36,116 nt of DNA from a virus (lineage: Duplodnaviria; Caudoviricetes): the IMG/VR virus record IMGVR_UViG_3300036546_000221, positions 1 through 36,116 of that record. One strand, 5' to 3'. The position numbers and the translations under genes were made by a program. The notes beneath the pieces are model-generated. The model was not told the origin of the DNA, did not search any database, and worked only from the letters and a program-made list of their open reading frames with translations. Positions within the stretch are counted from its first letter, which is position 1. Every line of letters begins with the position of its first letter. Positions 1-9,284 of this stretch are shown piece by piece.

Positions 1-693
1 CACCAGCGCAGCGGCAGCGCGATTCTGCGTAAAACCATTGACGGGAGCAGTACAACACTAGGTGAGGTTGTGCGGAACATACCTGAAAATGGTTCAGAGA
101 CGTGGCGCATTGCTATTGAGGGGACGCGCATACTGTGCAGTATTGACGGTGCGACGATTTTCGACGTTGACGACACTGCTATTTCAAGTGGTCTCGTCGG
201 GCTGCACTTCTACACGTATCCATACGATTCGACTGTCGACGGCCCCGTAGTTGACTCGTTCAAGGTTGAGACGCTGGACGAACCGGTTAACCACATAGTA
301 ACAATTGCCGGTGTGCGCCGCCCGCGTACCGGCGCGGTCGTTGCGGGTATTGTGCCGCTCCGCGCGGTTGATTTCAAGGCCACCGTGGGGGCTGATGTGA
401 TAGATACGTTTCTGAATACGCTTGAGTTTGCCGACACACATACGATTAACGGTATACAGATGCCCGCCGTGGTTGACAGCCCTGTTTTTGCAGAGCGGCA
501 GGCGCGGAGCCAGAACGACTATGCGGACGGCATATACACCGACCGCAAAGTTGTGTACGTGTCGGCTTCGGCGTTTGGCGTACGGCCCGCGCTGGGCGAA
601 CAGCTTGTGCTCGACGGCGCGCGGTTTATAGTAACCGAGTGCACCGACGAAATGGGCATGTATGCTATAACGGTTGAGGCGAGCGAGTTTTAA
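1..693 (+). CDS. Head-closure/head-tail joining protein (gpFII/Gifsy-2-like C-terminal domain) with an N-terminal ConA/LamG-like beta-sandwich; 5' truncated by the window
   Basis: Frame is open from base 1 (HQRSGSAILRKTIDG...). The C-terminal ~108 aa (DFKATVGADV..FLNTLEFADTHTING..LVLDGARFIV..DEMGMYAITVE) match the usual head-closure pattern, and the gene lies just before gpZ. Confidence 0.65.
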   Translation, partial: HQRSGSAILRKTIDGSSTTLGEVVRNIPENGSETWRIAIEGTRILCSIDGATIFDVDDTAISSGLVGLHFYTYPYDSTVDGPVVDSFKVETLDEPVNHIVTIAGVRRPRTGAVVAGIVPLRAVDFKATVGADVIDTFLNTLEFADTHTINGIQMPAVVDSPVFAERQARSQNDYADGIYTDRKVVYVSASAFGVRPALGEQLVLDGARFIVTECTDEMGMYAITVEASEF

Positions 694-1310
694 TGGCTAT
701 ATCTGTTTTCCAGTTGGGCGCGGCTGATGTTGAGCGCGCGCGTGCACAGCTGGGGCACATAAAGGGCGGTCCCGAACGCGCTATTGCGGCTGCGCTGAAC
801 CGCGCGGCGGACATGGCTATGGCCGAGGCCGTCCGCAAGGTGCGTGATATCTATACGATTAAGGCGCGCGACGTGCGGCAGACGATGCACATAAGCCGCG
901 CGCGGCCCGGCGACACAACGCCGACGGCTATTATCAGCTCAAAGGACGGCGCGCTGCCGCTGGACAGGTTTAAAATGCGGCCTACGCGCCCGCCCAAAAA
1001 ACGGCGCGAGGTGCAAATTGAGGTACGCAAGGGCCGTACCCGCGGCATGGGGCGGCGCAATTTTGTTGCGCAGATGCCGAGCGGCAAAATAGGTGTTTTT
1101 GCCCGTACCGGAGAATGGCGCACAATGCGTGCTGGCCGTTATGCCGGGCAGGTGCGCGAGGCAATAAAACTGTTGTATGGCCCGGCAATCCCTGTTATGT
1201 TGGGCGTGCCTGATGTGGCTGATGCTGTAACCGCCCGCGCGGGTAGCGTGGTGCTCGACAGATTGGAGCACGAAATCGGGCGCTTATTTGATAAGGGGCG
1301 CAAACGATGA
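693..1310 (+). CDS. Minor tail protein Z-like (tail completion)
   Basis: Basic protein with RAIAAALNRAA, FVAQMPSGKIGVFAR and IKLLYGPAIPVML motifs; neck gene position. Confidence 0.8.
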   Translation: MAISVFQLGAADVERARAQLGHIKGGPERAIAAALNRAADMAMAEAVRKVRDIYTIKARDVRQTMHISRARPGDTTPTAIISSKDGALPLDRFKMRPTRPPKKRREVQIEVRKGRTRGMGRRNFVAQMPSGKIGVFARTGEWRTMRAGRYAGQVREAIKLLYGPAIPVMLGVPDVADAVTARAGSVVLDRLEHEIGRLFDKGRKR

Positions 1311-1774
1311 TTGAGTTGTGCAATGCCATTGAGGCGCATATAGCCAATGCTGTCAAGGACCTGCGTATGGCGTACCCGCGCGGCGAAGCCCGCCCGCCGC
1401 AGGTTGTGCATGGTTTTTTGCCGCCCAAACAGCGCGGTAATGATGCCGATGATGACGCGCCGTTTATTATTGTGCGCCCTGTTGATGGCAGCGATGGCGA
1501 ACAGGATAGTACCGTAACCATCGCCCTGATTTTTTCGGCGTATGCCGAGGATGAGCGGGGGGTTGACGAGGTTTTGCATGCATTATGGCGCGTGCGCAAT
1601 AGTTTGCTGGCAACGCGTATACTTGAAAACCGTTTTAAGATGCGGCTGCCGCTTGACTGGCGGGTATACGAGGACCAGCCCGCGCCGTATTGGTTCGCGG
1701 CAATGGTGACGCGCTGGGTTATTAACCAGCCACAACGACAAATGGAGGGCTTTGTATATGGCTCAGAAATCTAA
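1307..1774 (+). CDS. Tail terminator/completion protein
   Basis: PFIIVRP...PAPYWFAAMVTRW pattern; lies between gpZ and the sheath; ATGA overlap. Confidence 0.6.
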   Translation: MIELCNAIEAHIANAVKDLRMAYPRGEARPPQVVHGFLPPKQRGNDADDDAPFIIVRPVDGSDGEQDSTVTIALIFSAYAEDERGVDEVLHALWRVRNSLLATRILENRFKMRLPLDWRVYEDQPAPYWFAAMVTRWVINQPQRQMEGFVYGSEI

Positions 1775-2030
1775 CAAAAAAACGGTACCCGCAAAACGTG
1801 AGCGGCTGGTGTATTGCGGGCCTAACCTGCCCGGCGGTCGCCTGCCCGCTTTTACCGTTTTTGCCGGTGGCATCCCCGGCAACGTGCAGGCAATCATTGC
1901 CGAGTGCGCCGACGTGCGCGGGCTTATTGTGCCCGTTGACCGTCTGGCCGTAGTGCGTGCGCGGGTTGCAGACCGCACCACCGCCGAGGCGGCGCTTTAC
2001 GCGGCTGTGCGCAAACATTTCAACGTCTAG
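1758..2030 (+). CDS. Small pre-sheath hypothetical protein
   Basis: GGAGG RBS before ATG 1758; VYCGPNLP motif typical of this position. Confidence 0.6.
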   Translation: MAQKSNKKTVPAKRERLVYCGPNLPGGRLPAFTVFAGGIPGNVQAIIAECADVRGLIVPVDRLAVVRARVADRTTAEAALYAAVRKHFNV

Positions 2031-2041
2031 GAGGCTAGGCA

Positions 2042-3487
2042 ATGGCTTATAAACACGGCGTCCATATCTATGAGCAGCCTACCAGTATTGTGCCGCCCGT
2101 GCGCACGTCTGCCGGTCTGCCCGTAGTTTTCGGCACCGCGCCTATAAACATGGGCGATGTTGCCAACGTAAACAAACCTGTGCTGTGCTACACGTACACC
2201 GAGGCAGTGCAGGCTATGGGCTACAGCAACGATTGGGCAAGTTTCACTCTGTGCGAGTTCATAAAATCGCATTTTGCGCTGTTCGCCTGCGCGCCTGTCG
2301 TTCTGGTAAACGTACTTGACCCCGCGCAGCATACTGCCAGCGTGAGCGGTGAGGCGGGCACTGTAACCGGCGGCAAGTATGTGCTGGCCCAGCAGGGCGT
2401 ATTGACCGGCACCGTAGTTGTTAAAAACAGCGACGGTACCACAACGCACGTGCTCAACACCGATTATACCGTCGCGTTTGACGACGACGGAACAACCGTT
2501 ATCAGCATAACCGATGGCAGCTCCATTGCCGAGGGTGCTATCATCACGGTTGACTACGACCACCTCGACGCAACACTGGTTACAACCGACGACATCATCG
2601 GCGGTATCGACGTAACCACCGGCGCACCTGAAGGGCTGGAACTGGTTAACGAGATCTTCCCTCGTTTCCGCCTTATACCCGGACTTATTTGCGCGCCCGG
2701 CTGGTCGCATGAGCCTGCCGTTGCCGCTGTGATGGCTGCCAAGGCGGGCAATATCAACAGCCATTTCAAGGCGGTTGCGCTGACAGACGTACCCACGGAC
2801 ACCGTGAGTAAGTACACGGATGTTGCGGCATGGAAAAACAACAACAACTATGTCGACGAGCTGCAGGTTGTGTGCTGGCCTAAGGTTAAGCTGGGCGACG
2901 AGGTTTTCCACCTGTCGACGCAGCTTGCTGGCTTGATTGCGCAGACAGATGCGGCCAACGAGGACGTGCCGTATGTCAGCCCGTCGAATAAAAACCTGCA
3001 GATGGTGGCCGCAGTTGTCGCCGATGGCACCGAGGTGTGGCTCGGCCCCGATGCCGCCGCATACCTCAACGGGCAGGGCATTGTGACCGCTTTGAATTTC
3101 ATCGGTGGCTGGAAATGCTGGGGCAACCGCACCGGGTGTTACCCCGGTGTGACCGATGTAAAGGACGCCATGTTGCCCATCCGGCGTATGTTTAACTGGA
3201 TAGGCAACACGCTGGTGCAAACTTTTTGGCAGAAGGTTGATTACCCCATCAACCGGCGCCTCGTTGAGACCATCGTAGACAGCGCGAATATTTGGCTCAA
3301 CGGGCTGGCCGCCCGGCAGTTTATTCTCGGCGGGCGTGTGGCGTTCCTGCCCGAGGAAAACCCGGCAACCGACCTCATGGACGGGATTATCAAGTTCCAC
3401 GTCTATGTGACGCCGCCCAGCCCCGCGCGTGAAATTGATTTCATCCTCGAATACGACCCGCAGTACCTTGAAACGCTGTTTGGTTAG
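2042..3487 (+). CDS. Contractile tail sheath protein
   Basis: MAYKHGV start, VVFGTAP, WGNRT, PIRRMFNWI, TPPSPAREIDFILEYD; 481 aa. Confidence 0.95.
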   Translation: MAYKHGVHIYEQPTSIVPPVRTSAGLPVVFGTAPINMGDVANVNKPVLCYTYTEAVQAMGYSNDWASFTLCEFIKSHFALFACAPVVLVNVLDPAQHTASVSGEAGTVTGGKYVLAQQGVLTGTVVVKNSDGTTTHVLNTDYTVAFDDDGTTVISITDGSSIAEGAIITVDYDHLDATLVTTDDIIGGIDVTTGAPEGLELVNEIFPRFRLIPGLICAPGWSHEPAVAAVMAAKAGNINSHFKAVALTDVPTDTVSKYTDVAAWKNNNNYVDELQVVCWPKVKLGDEVFHLSTQLAGLIAQTDAANEDVPYVSPSNKNLQMVAAVVADGTEVWLGPDAAAYLNGQGIVTALNFIGGWKCWGNRTGCYPGVTDVKDAMLPIRRMFNWIGNTLVQTFWQKVDYPINRRLVETIVDSANIWLNGLAARQFILGGRVAFLPEENPATDLMDGIIKFHVYVTPPSPAREIDFILEYDPQYLETLFG

Positions 3488-3497
3488 GAGGTAGGCA

Positions 3498-4022
3498 ATG
3501 GCAAATAACGTACCCGAAAAACTTATTAACTTCCGCGTGTATTTGGACGGTGCCGACATGGTCGGCATTGCCGACGCGCAGCTGCCCTCGCTCGAGGCGA
3601 TGACCGAAACCGTTAAGGGCGCGGGTATTGCTGGCGAGGTTGACAGCCCCGTATTGGGGCATTTCGGCAGCATGACATTAACCCTCAACTGGCGCACCAT
3701 CACCGGCAACGCCATTGAGCTTGCCAAGCAACGGGCGCACAATCTGGAACTGCGCGGCGCGCAGCAGGAGTACGACGCGGGCAACGGCACGTATAAGACC
3801 GTGCCTGTCAAGGTGACCTGCCGCGCGGTGCCGAAAAAGTTTGACCTCGGCAAGCTCGACGTGGGCGCCAGCACCGAATCGCAAAGTGAGTTTGAGGTGT
3901 CCTACATCAAGTTGTTTGTGGACGGCGAGGAAAAGGTTGAACTCGACAAGTTCAACTATATTTACAAGGTAAACGGCGAGGACATTCTCGCAGAAGTGCG
4001 GCAGGCGCTGGGCCTGAACTAG
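3498..4022 (+). CDS. Major tail tube protein (P2 FII-like)
   Basis: PEKLINFRVY, GAGIAGEVD, ELDKFNYIYKVNGED; follows the sheath. Confidence 0.93.
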   Translation: MANNVPEKLINFRVYLDGADMVGIADAQLPSLEAMTETVKGAGIAGEVDSPVLGHFGSMTLTLNWRTITGNAIELAKQRAHNLELRGAQQEYDAGNGTYKTVPVKVTCRAVPKKFDLGKLDVGASTESQSEFEVSYIKLFVDGEEKVELDKFNYIYKVNGEDILAEVRQALGLN

Positions 4023-4036
4023 GGGGGGCGCGGATA

Positions 4037-4315
4037 ATGGAACGCATTGAATTTGCAAAGCCGGTTACTATTGAGGGCACGGAATACACGGGTCTTGACC
4101 TGAATTTCGATAAGCTCACCGGCGACGATATAATCGCCTGCGAGCGCGAGTTTACGGCTACTGGTGGCGTTGCCACGGTGCACGAACTGTGCAAGGGTTT
4201 TCTCGCAATCGTGGCGGCCCGCGCTGCCGGTGTTGCGCCTGATGTAATCCGCGCGTTGCCCGCGCGCGAGTTCAGCAAAGTGACGGTTGTCGCGCAAAAT
4301 TTTTTGCTCGACTAG
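4037..4315 (+). CDS. Tail assembly chaperone (P2 gpE/Mu gp41-like)
   Basis: 92 aa between tube and tape measure; ends NFLLD over a TTTTTTG slippery site. Confidence 0.88.
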   Translation: MERIEFAKPVTIEGTEYTGLDLNFDKLTGDDIIACEREFTATGGVATVHELCKGFLAIVAARAAGVAPDVIRALPAREFSKVTVVAQNFLLD

Positions 4316-4470
4316 GGTTAACACGGCGGCCCGCGCAAACCGTGCGGGCCGTTTCTTGCATGTTAGCCCGTGCCAAGACGTACACTCCGGTGTCGTATTG
4401 GTTAACCGTGCCGCTGTGTGATTTGGGGTTATGGGTTGAGGCTGTAAAGGAGGCGGAACCGCGTGGCTAA
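4300..4470 (+). CDS. -1 frameshift extension of the tail chaperone (E+E'-like)
   Basis: TTTTTTG at 4300-4306; the -1 frame is open to TAA 4468-4470 (FFARLGLTRR...YWLTVPLCDLGLWVEAVKEAEPRG); hairpin at 4327-4351. Confidence 0.8.
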   Translation, partial: FFARLGLTRRPAQTVRAVSCMLARAKTYTPVSYWLTVPLCDLGLWVEAVKEAEPRG

Positions 4471-6763
4471 AATCTATCAAGTAGCGTTTGAGCTTGCCGG
4501 TAAAGTAGCGGGAAGTTTCAATAAATCAATGTTGACGGCCAGCGGCCACCTTGACAAGCTGGGCGGGCGCATTGCCGCATTGCAACGGCAGTCTGCTGAT
4601 ATTGATAATTTCCGTCGCCTGAAACAGCAGGTCGGCGCAACGGGTGCCGAGTTTGCCGCCGCCGAACGGCGCGTTGCCGAGTTGGCGGCAGAAATACGGA
4701 ACACCGACAACCCCACAAAGGGGTTGCAGCGTAGTTTTGAGGCGGCGAAAACAAAGGCCGGAAAGCTGAAAGCCGCACTTGCCGACCAGCGGCAGGAGCT
4801 GCACCGCGTGCGCGAATCGTTGCGCAGTGCGGGCATATCGACAACCAACCTGGTTGGGCAGCAGGAAAAATTAGCACAGTCTGCAGAGCGGGCGCGGCGG
4901 GCGCAGGAAAAATTGCGGACTGTTATCAGTAAACAGGAGCAGCTCCGTAACCGGCGTGCGGACCTGCAGGGGCAGCTCGTCGGCGCTGCGGGCATGGCGC
5001 TGGCAATGGCGGCACCTATACGGGCGGCCATGCAGTTTGAAAGCGCCATGTCGGACGTCAAAAAGGTTGTTGATTTTGAGACACCGGCGCAGTTCCGCGA
5101 AATGGGGCAGGATATCCTCAAGATGTCGCAGCGTATACCTATGGCTGCCGACGGCCTAGCCGCCATTGTTGCGGCGGCAGGGCAGGCGGGTATAGCCCGC
5201 ACAGAGCTTGCCGCGTTTGCCGAATCCGCCGCGAAAATGGGCGTTGCGTTTGACATCACGGCTGACGAGGCCGGTACACTGATGGCAAAGTGGCGCGCGA
5301 GTATGGGGTTGACGCAGGGGCGTGCCGTAGCGCTGGCCGATGCTATTAACCACCTTTCAAACAACATGGCCAGCAACGCGGCAGAGGTTGCCGAGGTTGT
5401 GCGGCGGCAGGGTGCGCTTGCGCAGGCAAACGGCCTTGCCGAGCAGCAGACGGCGGCCCTCGCCAGTGCGCTGATTGCTGGCGGTGCTGGCCCTGAAATT
5501 GCCGCTACCGCGCTTAAAAACCTGACGCTCGCGCTTTCGGCAGGCACGGCGGCAACGGGGCCGCAGCAGGAGGCGTTTGCCGCGCTCGGGTTGGAAGCGG
5601 GCGCAATGGCACAGATGATGCAGGACGACGCGCAGGGTGCCATAATGACCGTCATGGAGGCATTGCGCGAACAGCCCGCCGATACGCGCGGCTCGCTGGC
5701 ACAACTGTTGTTCGGCAAGGAAAGCTTGGGCGCCATTGCCCCGCTGATGCAGAACCTTGACAGCCTGAAAAGCGCGTTTGACATGGTTGGCGATGCTACG
5801 CGCTACGCTGGCAGTATGCAGGCTGAATACAACGAGCGCAGCAAAACCACGGCCAACGCGATGCAGCTCATGCGCAACCGTGTTGCCGCGCTGGGTATCA
5901 ATATAGGTACCGCGTTGTTGCCCGGCCTGAACGCCGTGCTCGGCGTGTTGGGGCCGATAGTTTCCGGTGTGGCGGATCTTTCCGCGCGTTTCCCGCTGTT
6001 GACGCAGGTTATTAGCGGCGTGACAATAGGGTTGATTGCGCTCAAGGTCGCCAGCATTGCGGGCGGCTATGCGTGGACGTTCCTCGCCGACGGCGCGCTT
6101 ATGGTGCGCAAGGCGGTGCTTTTGGTGCAGTCCGGCGCGCTACTGGCCAAGGGGCAAATCATTGCAACCACGGTTGCCACAAAAGCATGGGCGGCGGCGC
6201 AATGGCTGATTAACGCGGCCATGACGGCAAACCCGATAGGGTTGATTATTGCTGCCGTTGCCGCGCTCGGTCTGGCGGCGTACGCTATTATCAAGCATTG
6301 GGACAAGGTGCGCGAATTTTTCGCGGGCCTGTTTGACTGGTGGCTCGATAAACTGCAGGCGGTTATAGGTTTTGCCGGTAAAGTTGCCGGGTTGCTGGGG
6401 CTGGGCGGCGGCGGTGATGCCGCACCGGCGGCCACCACGGCAGCGGGTATGCAGCCGGTGGCCGCGCACGCCAAGGGCGGTATATTCAGCCGCCCGCATT
6501 TGGGCCTCGTTGCCGAGGCTGGGCCGGAGGCTATTGTGCCGCTATCGGATAAGGCGCGCGGGTTGGATGTGCTGCACGGCGCCGCGCGGGCGCTTGGTGC
6601 CGGTGGTGGCGGTGGCGGCATCAACCTCACGTTTTCGCCTACTATAAACGTTGGCAGCGGCGATGCCGAGGCGGTAAAACGCGGTGTCCGTGCCGGTGCC
6701 GACGAGATGGTCGCAAAACTCAAGGCGGCTATGCAGCAGGAGCGGAGGCTCAGTTATGCCTAG
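4463..6763 (+). CDS. Tail tape measure protein (TP901-type core)
   Basis: Ala-rich, 766 aa; FESAMSDVKKVVDF core; NPIGLII hydrophobic stretch; AKGGIFSRPHLGLVAEAGPEAIVPL C-terminus. Confidence 0.93.
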   Translation: MAKIYQVAFELAGKVAGSFNKSMLTASGHLDKLGGRIAALQRQSADIDNFRRLKQQVGATGAEFAAAERRVAELAAEIRNTDNPTKGLQRSFEAAKTKAGKLKAALADQRQELHRVRESLRSAGISTTNLVGQQEKLAQSAERARRAQEKLRTVISKQEQLRNRRADLQGQLVGAAGMALAMAAPIRAAMQFESAMSDVKKVVDFETPAQFREMGQDILKMSQRIPMAADGLAAIVAAAGQAGIARTELAAFAESAAKMGVAFDITADEAGTLMAKWRASMGLTQGRAVALADAINHLSNNMASNAAEVAEVVRRQGALAQANGLAEQQTAALASALIAGGAGPEIAATALKNLTLALSAGTAATGPQQEAFAALGLEAGAMAQMMQDDAQGAIMTVMEALREQPADTRGSLAQLLFGKESLGAIAPLMQNLDSLKSAFDMVGDATRYAGSMQAEYNERSKTTANAMQLMRNRVAALGINIGTALLPGLNAVLGVLGPIVSGVADLSARFPLLTQVISGVTIGLIALKVASIAGGYAWTFLADGALMVRKAVLLVQSGALLAKGQIIATTVATKAWAAAQWLINAAMTANPIGLIIAAVAALGLAAYAIIKHWDKVREFFAGLFDWWLDKLQAVIGFAGKVAGLLGLGGGGDAAPAATTAAGMQPVAAHAKGGIFSRPHLGLVAEAGPEAIVPLSDKARGLDVLHGAARALGAGGGGGGINLTFSPTINVGSGDAEAVKRGVRAGADEMVAKLKAAMQQERRLSYA

Positions 6764-6965
6764 CGTTTACAGCACTGTGCAGGGTGATACATGGGACATT
6801 ATTGCGCTGCGCGTGTACGGCAGCGAGAAGGGCATGGACGTGCTCATTAACGCGAATCCGGCCTACCGTGAAACGGTGTTTTTTGGTGCGGGTGTGGTGC
6901 TGGCAGTGCCCCCCGCACCTGCCACCGTAAACGCCAACCTGCCGCCGTGGCGTAGGGGTGCATAG
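6756..6965 (+). CDS. Tail protein X (P2 gpX, LysM-like)
   Basis: YSTVQGDTWDIIALRVYG...LINANP...LPPWR; GGAGG RBS before ATG 6756. Confidence 0.9.
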   Translation: MPSVYSTVQGDTWDIIALRVYGSEKGMDVLINANPAYRETVFFGAGVVLAVPPAPATVNANLPPWRRGA

Positions 6966-7964
6966 ATGCAGGCGCGGCGCACAGAGGTGCAGATTTATTA
7001 TGAGGGTGTCGACATAAGCGCTGAGCTTTCCGGCTACCTCGAATCAATGGAATATACCGACAACGCCAGCGGCAAGGTTGACGACCTGACACTGCGGCTG
7101 GACAACAGCGACGGCGTATGGTCCGGCGACTGGATGCCGGGCAAGACCGACCGCATACGGGCAACCATTGTGCAGGTTGAGGATGGCAGGGCTGTGGCGC
7201 GCCTATACTGTGGTGAATTTCAGGTTGACGAGATAGAGTGCAGCGGCTGGCCGCTGGTTGCAGCATTGCGCGCGGCCAGTGTGCCGGTTAACACGGCAGT
7301 ACGGCGCGAAAAAAAGAGCCGTGCTTGGGAGGCCGTGCAGTTGTCCGGCATTGCCGCCGAGGTTGCCGAACTGGCGGGGCTGGCACTGGTATATGATGTT
7401 GCCGCCGATACGCAGTATGACCGCGTGGACCAGCGGGACGAAAGCGATTTGGCGTTCCTGCAACGGCTGTGCAAGGACGCGCAGTTGGCGCTCAAAGTAA
7501 CCGACCGGCAAATAATCGTTTTTGACGAGGCGGAGTACGACGCGAAAGCGCCGGTTGCCACCATAACGCCCGCTGATATTGATGCGTTCGGGTTTAAAAC
7601 GCAGGCGCACGACGTGTATAAAGCGTGCAAAATAACGTATTTTGACCCGCAGGACAAACAGCTAAAAGAGTACACGTATACCGCACCGGGTATCCGCGCG
7701 GGGCACACGCTTGTGCACCGCATGCGGGTTGGCAGCATTGCCGAGGCTGAAAGGTTGGCACAAAAAATGCTTCGTGATAAAAACAAACATGAGACAACAG
7801 CGGCAGTCAGTATGCGGGGCAATACGGGGCTGGTTGCCGGTGTCAATGTTGCGCTGGCCGGTTTCGGCAATTTCGACGGCAAATATGCCATAACTGTTGC
7901 GAAACACGTTGTTGAGAACGGCTATACGACGGCGCTTGAACTGCGGAGGGTGTTTGATGATTAG
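6966..7964 (+). CDS. Baseplate hub / late control protein D (P2 gpD-like)
   Basis: YTDNASGKVDDL, DQRDESDLAFLQRLC, GFGNFDGKY motifs. Confidence 0.9.
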   Translation: MQARRTEVQIYYEGVDISAELSGYLESMEYTDNASGKVDDLTLRLDNSDGVWSGDWMPGKTDRIRATIVQVEDGRAVARLYCGEFQVDEIECSGWPLVAALRAASVPVNTAVRREKKSRAWEAVQLSGIAAEVAELAGLALVYDVAADTQYDRVDQRDESDLAFLQRLCKDAQLALKVTDRQIIVFDEAEYDAKAPVATITPADIDAFGFKTQAHDVYKACKITYFDPQDKQLKEYTYTAPGIRAGHTLVHRMRVGSIAEAERLAQKMLRDKNKHETTAAVSMRGNTGLVAGVNVALAGFGNFDGKYAITVAKHVVENGYTTALELRRVFDD

Positions 7965-8529
7965 CGAATTGGACGAGCGCGTACGCGCGCTTGAATCGTT
8001 GTTGGCAAACGTGGTGCGCATCGGCGTTGTGGTATCAACCAACCCGGCGGCGCATACCGTACGCGTGGCGTTTGGCGACCGTGATAATATCGTATCTAGC
8101 CCGCTTCCGGTGCTGGTTCCCAAGGCACACAGCGATAAATTTTACAGGCTGCCCGACGTTGGCGAGCAGGTTCTGTGCGTGTTCCTTCCTTCTGGCGTCG
8201 AGCAGGGGTTCGCCATTGGCGCACTGTATAGCAGGGCCGATGCAACCCCTGCCGCATCGCAGGACAGGCATATTGTGCAGTACGCCGACGGAACGCGCAC
8301 CGAGTACGACCGCGCCAGCCATACGATAACGATAACCATAGGCGACACTGCCGCGACGCTGGACAGGGAAAAAGTTTTGTTGACGGCGGGCGGCGTGCAG
8401 GTTTTGATTGATGGCACGGGGTTGCACACTACGGGAGGCGGCGTCACCCACAACGGCATCAATATTGGCGACACGCACGTCCACGGCGGTGTGCAGGTTG
8501 GCAGTGATAACACCGGCGGCCCGGCGTAA
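7957..8529 (+). CDS. Baseplate spike (gpV-like)
   Basis: NVVRIGVV, LPDVGEQVLCVF, C-terminal HxH motif (THVHGGV). Confidence 0.9.
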   Translation: MISELDERVRALESLLANVVRIGVVVSTNPAAHTVRVAFGDRDNIVSSPLPVLVPKAHSDKFYRLPDVGEQVLCVFLPSGVEQGFAIGALYSRADATPAASQDRHIVQYADGTRTEYDRASHTITITIGDTAATLDREKVLLTAGGVQVLIDGTGLHTTGGGVTHNGINIGDTHVHGGVQVGSDNTGGPA

Positions 8530-8533
8530 CCTG

Positions 8534-8562
8534 TTGCAAAAAACCGGCGGGCGCGGTAGTGT
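8534..8562 (+). promoter_or_regulatory. Putative sigma70-type promoter inside the tail operon
   Basis: TTGCAA-N17-TAGTGT in the gpV-gpU gap. Confidence 0.4.
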
Positions 8563-8587
8563 GGGGAAAACGTAAAGGGGTGTAGCC

Positions 8588-8977
8588 TTGCTCGGTTATC
8601 TTGGAAGTCTGGTTTTTTCGGTATCTGCCGACAACGTCAAAACATTTGACGCCCTACAGCGCGGCGCGAGTGCCCGCTGGGCGGAACACCAGATACACGG
8701 CAAAAAACCCGTACTCGAATTTATCGGCCCTGATGCTGACAGCCTGTCATTTACAATGCGGCTCGATATTGCGCACGGCGTAAACCCGCTGGAAGAAATC
8801 GCGGACATACGCGAGTTTATAACTACTGGCGAGGTGCTGCCGCTGGTTTTGGGCGAACGGTTTATCGGCGATTTTGTAATCAAATCGTTCGATGAGGCAT
8901 GGACGCGCATAGACGGGCGCGGCAATGTGCTGATTGCCGATATAAGCGTCACATTACAGGAGCACAACTATGCCTGA
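8588..8977 (+). CDS. Tail tube initiator (P2 gpU-like)
   Basis: LGSLVFSVS, RWAEHQIHGKKPVLEFIGP. Confidence 0.85.
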   Translation: MLGYLGSLVFSVSADNVKTFDALQRGASARWAEHQIHGKKPVLEFIGPDADSLSFTMRLDIAHGVNPLEEIADIREFITTGEVLPLVLGERFIGDFVIKSFDEAWTRIDGRGNVLIADISVTLQEHNYA

Positions 8978-9284
8978 GTTTGACGTTACCGCGCAGCTGA
9001 CGGGCGTAGATTTTGGCGCAACCGGCGTTGCCGAGGTGCTGCAAAACGTGCGCACCATATTAACAACGGAACGTTACAGCGTACCACTCGACCGGCAGTT
9101 TGGCATAAACGCCGATATGTTGGATGAACCGCTGCCCCGCGCAAAGGCCAAACTTTCCGCAGAAATCATAGCGGCCATACGCCGCTATGAGCCGCGCGCC
9201 CGTGTGACAGGCATCAGTTTTTCAGGTGACGGCATGGATGGGCGGCTGATACCTACTGTGAGGGTGTATGTCGATGCTGAATAA
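8970..9284 (+). CDS. Baseplate wedge protein gpW/gp25-like
   Basis: QNVRTILTT..SVPLDRQFG, AIRRYEPRARV. Confidence 0.9.
   Translation: MPEFDVTAQLTGVDFGATGVAEVLQNVRTILTTERYSVPLDRQFGINADMLDEPLPRAKAKLSAEIIAAIRRYEPRARVTGISFSGDGMDGRLIPTVRVYVDAE

Noticed and set aside
2027-3874. Long antisense ORFs (615 aa here; also 4477-5784, 23053-24048, 24065-25276)
   Set aside because: They shadow well-supported genes in GC-rich DNA and have no motifs or RBS
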